The translations under genes and the position numbers were made by a program. Below the pieces are notes generated by a model. The model did not search any database. It had not been told where the DNA came from and saw only the letters and a program-made list of their open reading frames with translations. A DNA stretch of 64,000 bases from Lingula anatina (Eukaryota; Animalia; Brachiopoda): contig CM120640.1 of NCBI GenBank assembly GCA_051362555.1, positions 16,740,001 to 16,804,000 of the forward strand, in the 5' to 3' direction. This document shows positions 62,751 to 64,000 of this stretch, in pieces; position 1 is the stretch's first letter; every line of letters begins with the position of its first letter.

Positions 62751-64000
62751 GTTGCTTCTTCCTTACAGGCCCCAACTGCAGTGTTCTCTACAATTGGGAA
62801 GATATGGTGTATTTACTGACAGTTTATTATCAAGTTATTCATGATATGTATAATGTATGCACATTTATTTTTTATCCATGCCCATGTACATGCAGTTATA
62901 TTTTTTCTTTCGTACCTACAACATTGTGAATTTGACAATGAAAATATTTCAAAAACAATTCAAAGGATGGTGTTAACAGCCCAACTTTCTGAAAACCACA
63001 ACACTATAGCTTGCTAGTTATAAATATTTGATATTGAATCAGAAATAAGAAATCAATGAATTAGAATGTGGTGTGAGATAACGTGGAGTGTGTGCAGACA
63101 GGTCTCAGGTGATTAAATATTGATCTAAAGTGTTTTCTGCAGTGCAACCTTTGAAATTAATCAACCTCACGCTGTTCATACATTATTGGAGAGAGCTTGT
63201 TTATGTTATCAAAATCACATTCAGCATTTGTTATAATGTTAATTATAATTCCACTAATGCAACGTCTTCAATTATTTTTCTGGTACAGGATACAAAGTGG
63301 AAAGCGTGTTGACAAATGGATGTTAATTGACTTGAATTGCTTTCTTAGTAACAAACACAAGTAAAGAAATTTATTTATGACGAAGGTGACATCAAAATAC
63401 GTCACCATGATGGCATGAATGACACTGGTGACGGTGCAATTGAATTTGAGGACTCCTTCATTCTAAAAATTCATATATACAACATATAAAGATGTATAAA
63501 ATTATAACAAAATGACACGTACCTCCCTGATCAATCCATTTTAACATTTCTTCCACTGCAACGAATAAAAGTTGGACTATCTTCAAACTTCGCTCTTCCA
63601 GGTAATAAAAAAGAAAAAAACTTTGCGTCGATACTACATACATGCCCTAACCAAGGTTCCAAGACGCACTGCAATGTGAACCGCACCATTTTTTTAATTA
63701 AAATAAAATAAATAAAGATATGTCTACCAATATTTTACAAAACTTTTACTTTTCCACACCATATGCCAAATTCTCCCCTCGTTTTGCCCCCAAAACATTC
63801 ACCATAAGATGGCTCGGTGGTGTTGACCAATAGATTTATTCAGTAAATTTTAATGCATTTCCTTGGAATTACTTGTATGATTAAAAAGACTTAAGGTTAA
63901 AAGAGAAAAACAAGAAACTCTTTATTATGCATGAAGTGTCATACATATATTCAAATTTATTATATTTCAGATGAATAAAAAAACCTGAAAGCATTATGAC

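Overview
This is AT-rich eukaryotic genomic DNA with GT-AG introns and microsatellites. The gene and repeat content suggests a lophotrochozoan invertebrate such as a mollusc (inference). Three intron-rich genes were reconstructed by hand from splice sites and reading frames. The first is a + strand BAIAP3/Munc13-4-family C2A-MUN-C2B gene (core about 26.0-36.6 kb, with candidate alternative first exons upstream). The second is a - strand 12-exon CYP4-clan cytochrome P450 (47741-39458). The third is a - strand 13-exon SSX2IP/ADIP gene (62750-50483). Introns and spacers carry PIF/Harbinger-like and hAT-like MITEs, Helentron-like elements with internal ~146-bp or ~159-bp tandem arrays, and a truncated CR1/L2-type LINE. 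The most notable observations are: six miR-133 seed matches packed in the first ~380 nt of the SSX2IP 3' UTR, plus a miR-1 site; a transposon-borne array of perfect DR1 (AGGTCAAAGGTCA) nuclear-receptor motifs inside a CYP4 intron; a CYP4 I-helix lacking the heme-linking Glu; and a perfect 39-bp-arm intronic palindrome. All coordinates were read by eye and may be off by a few bases. No database searches were run.
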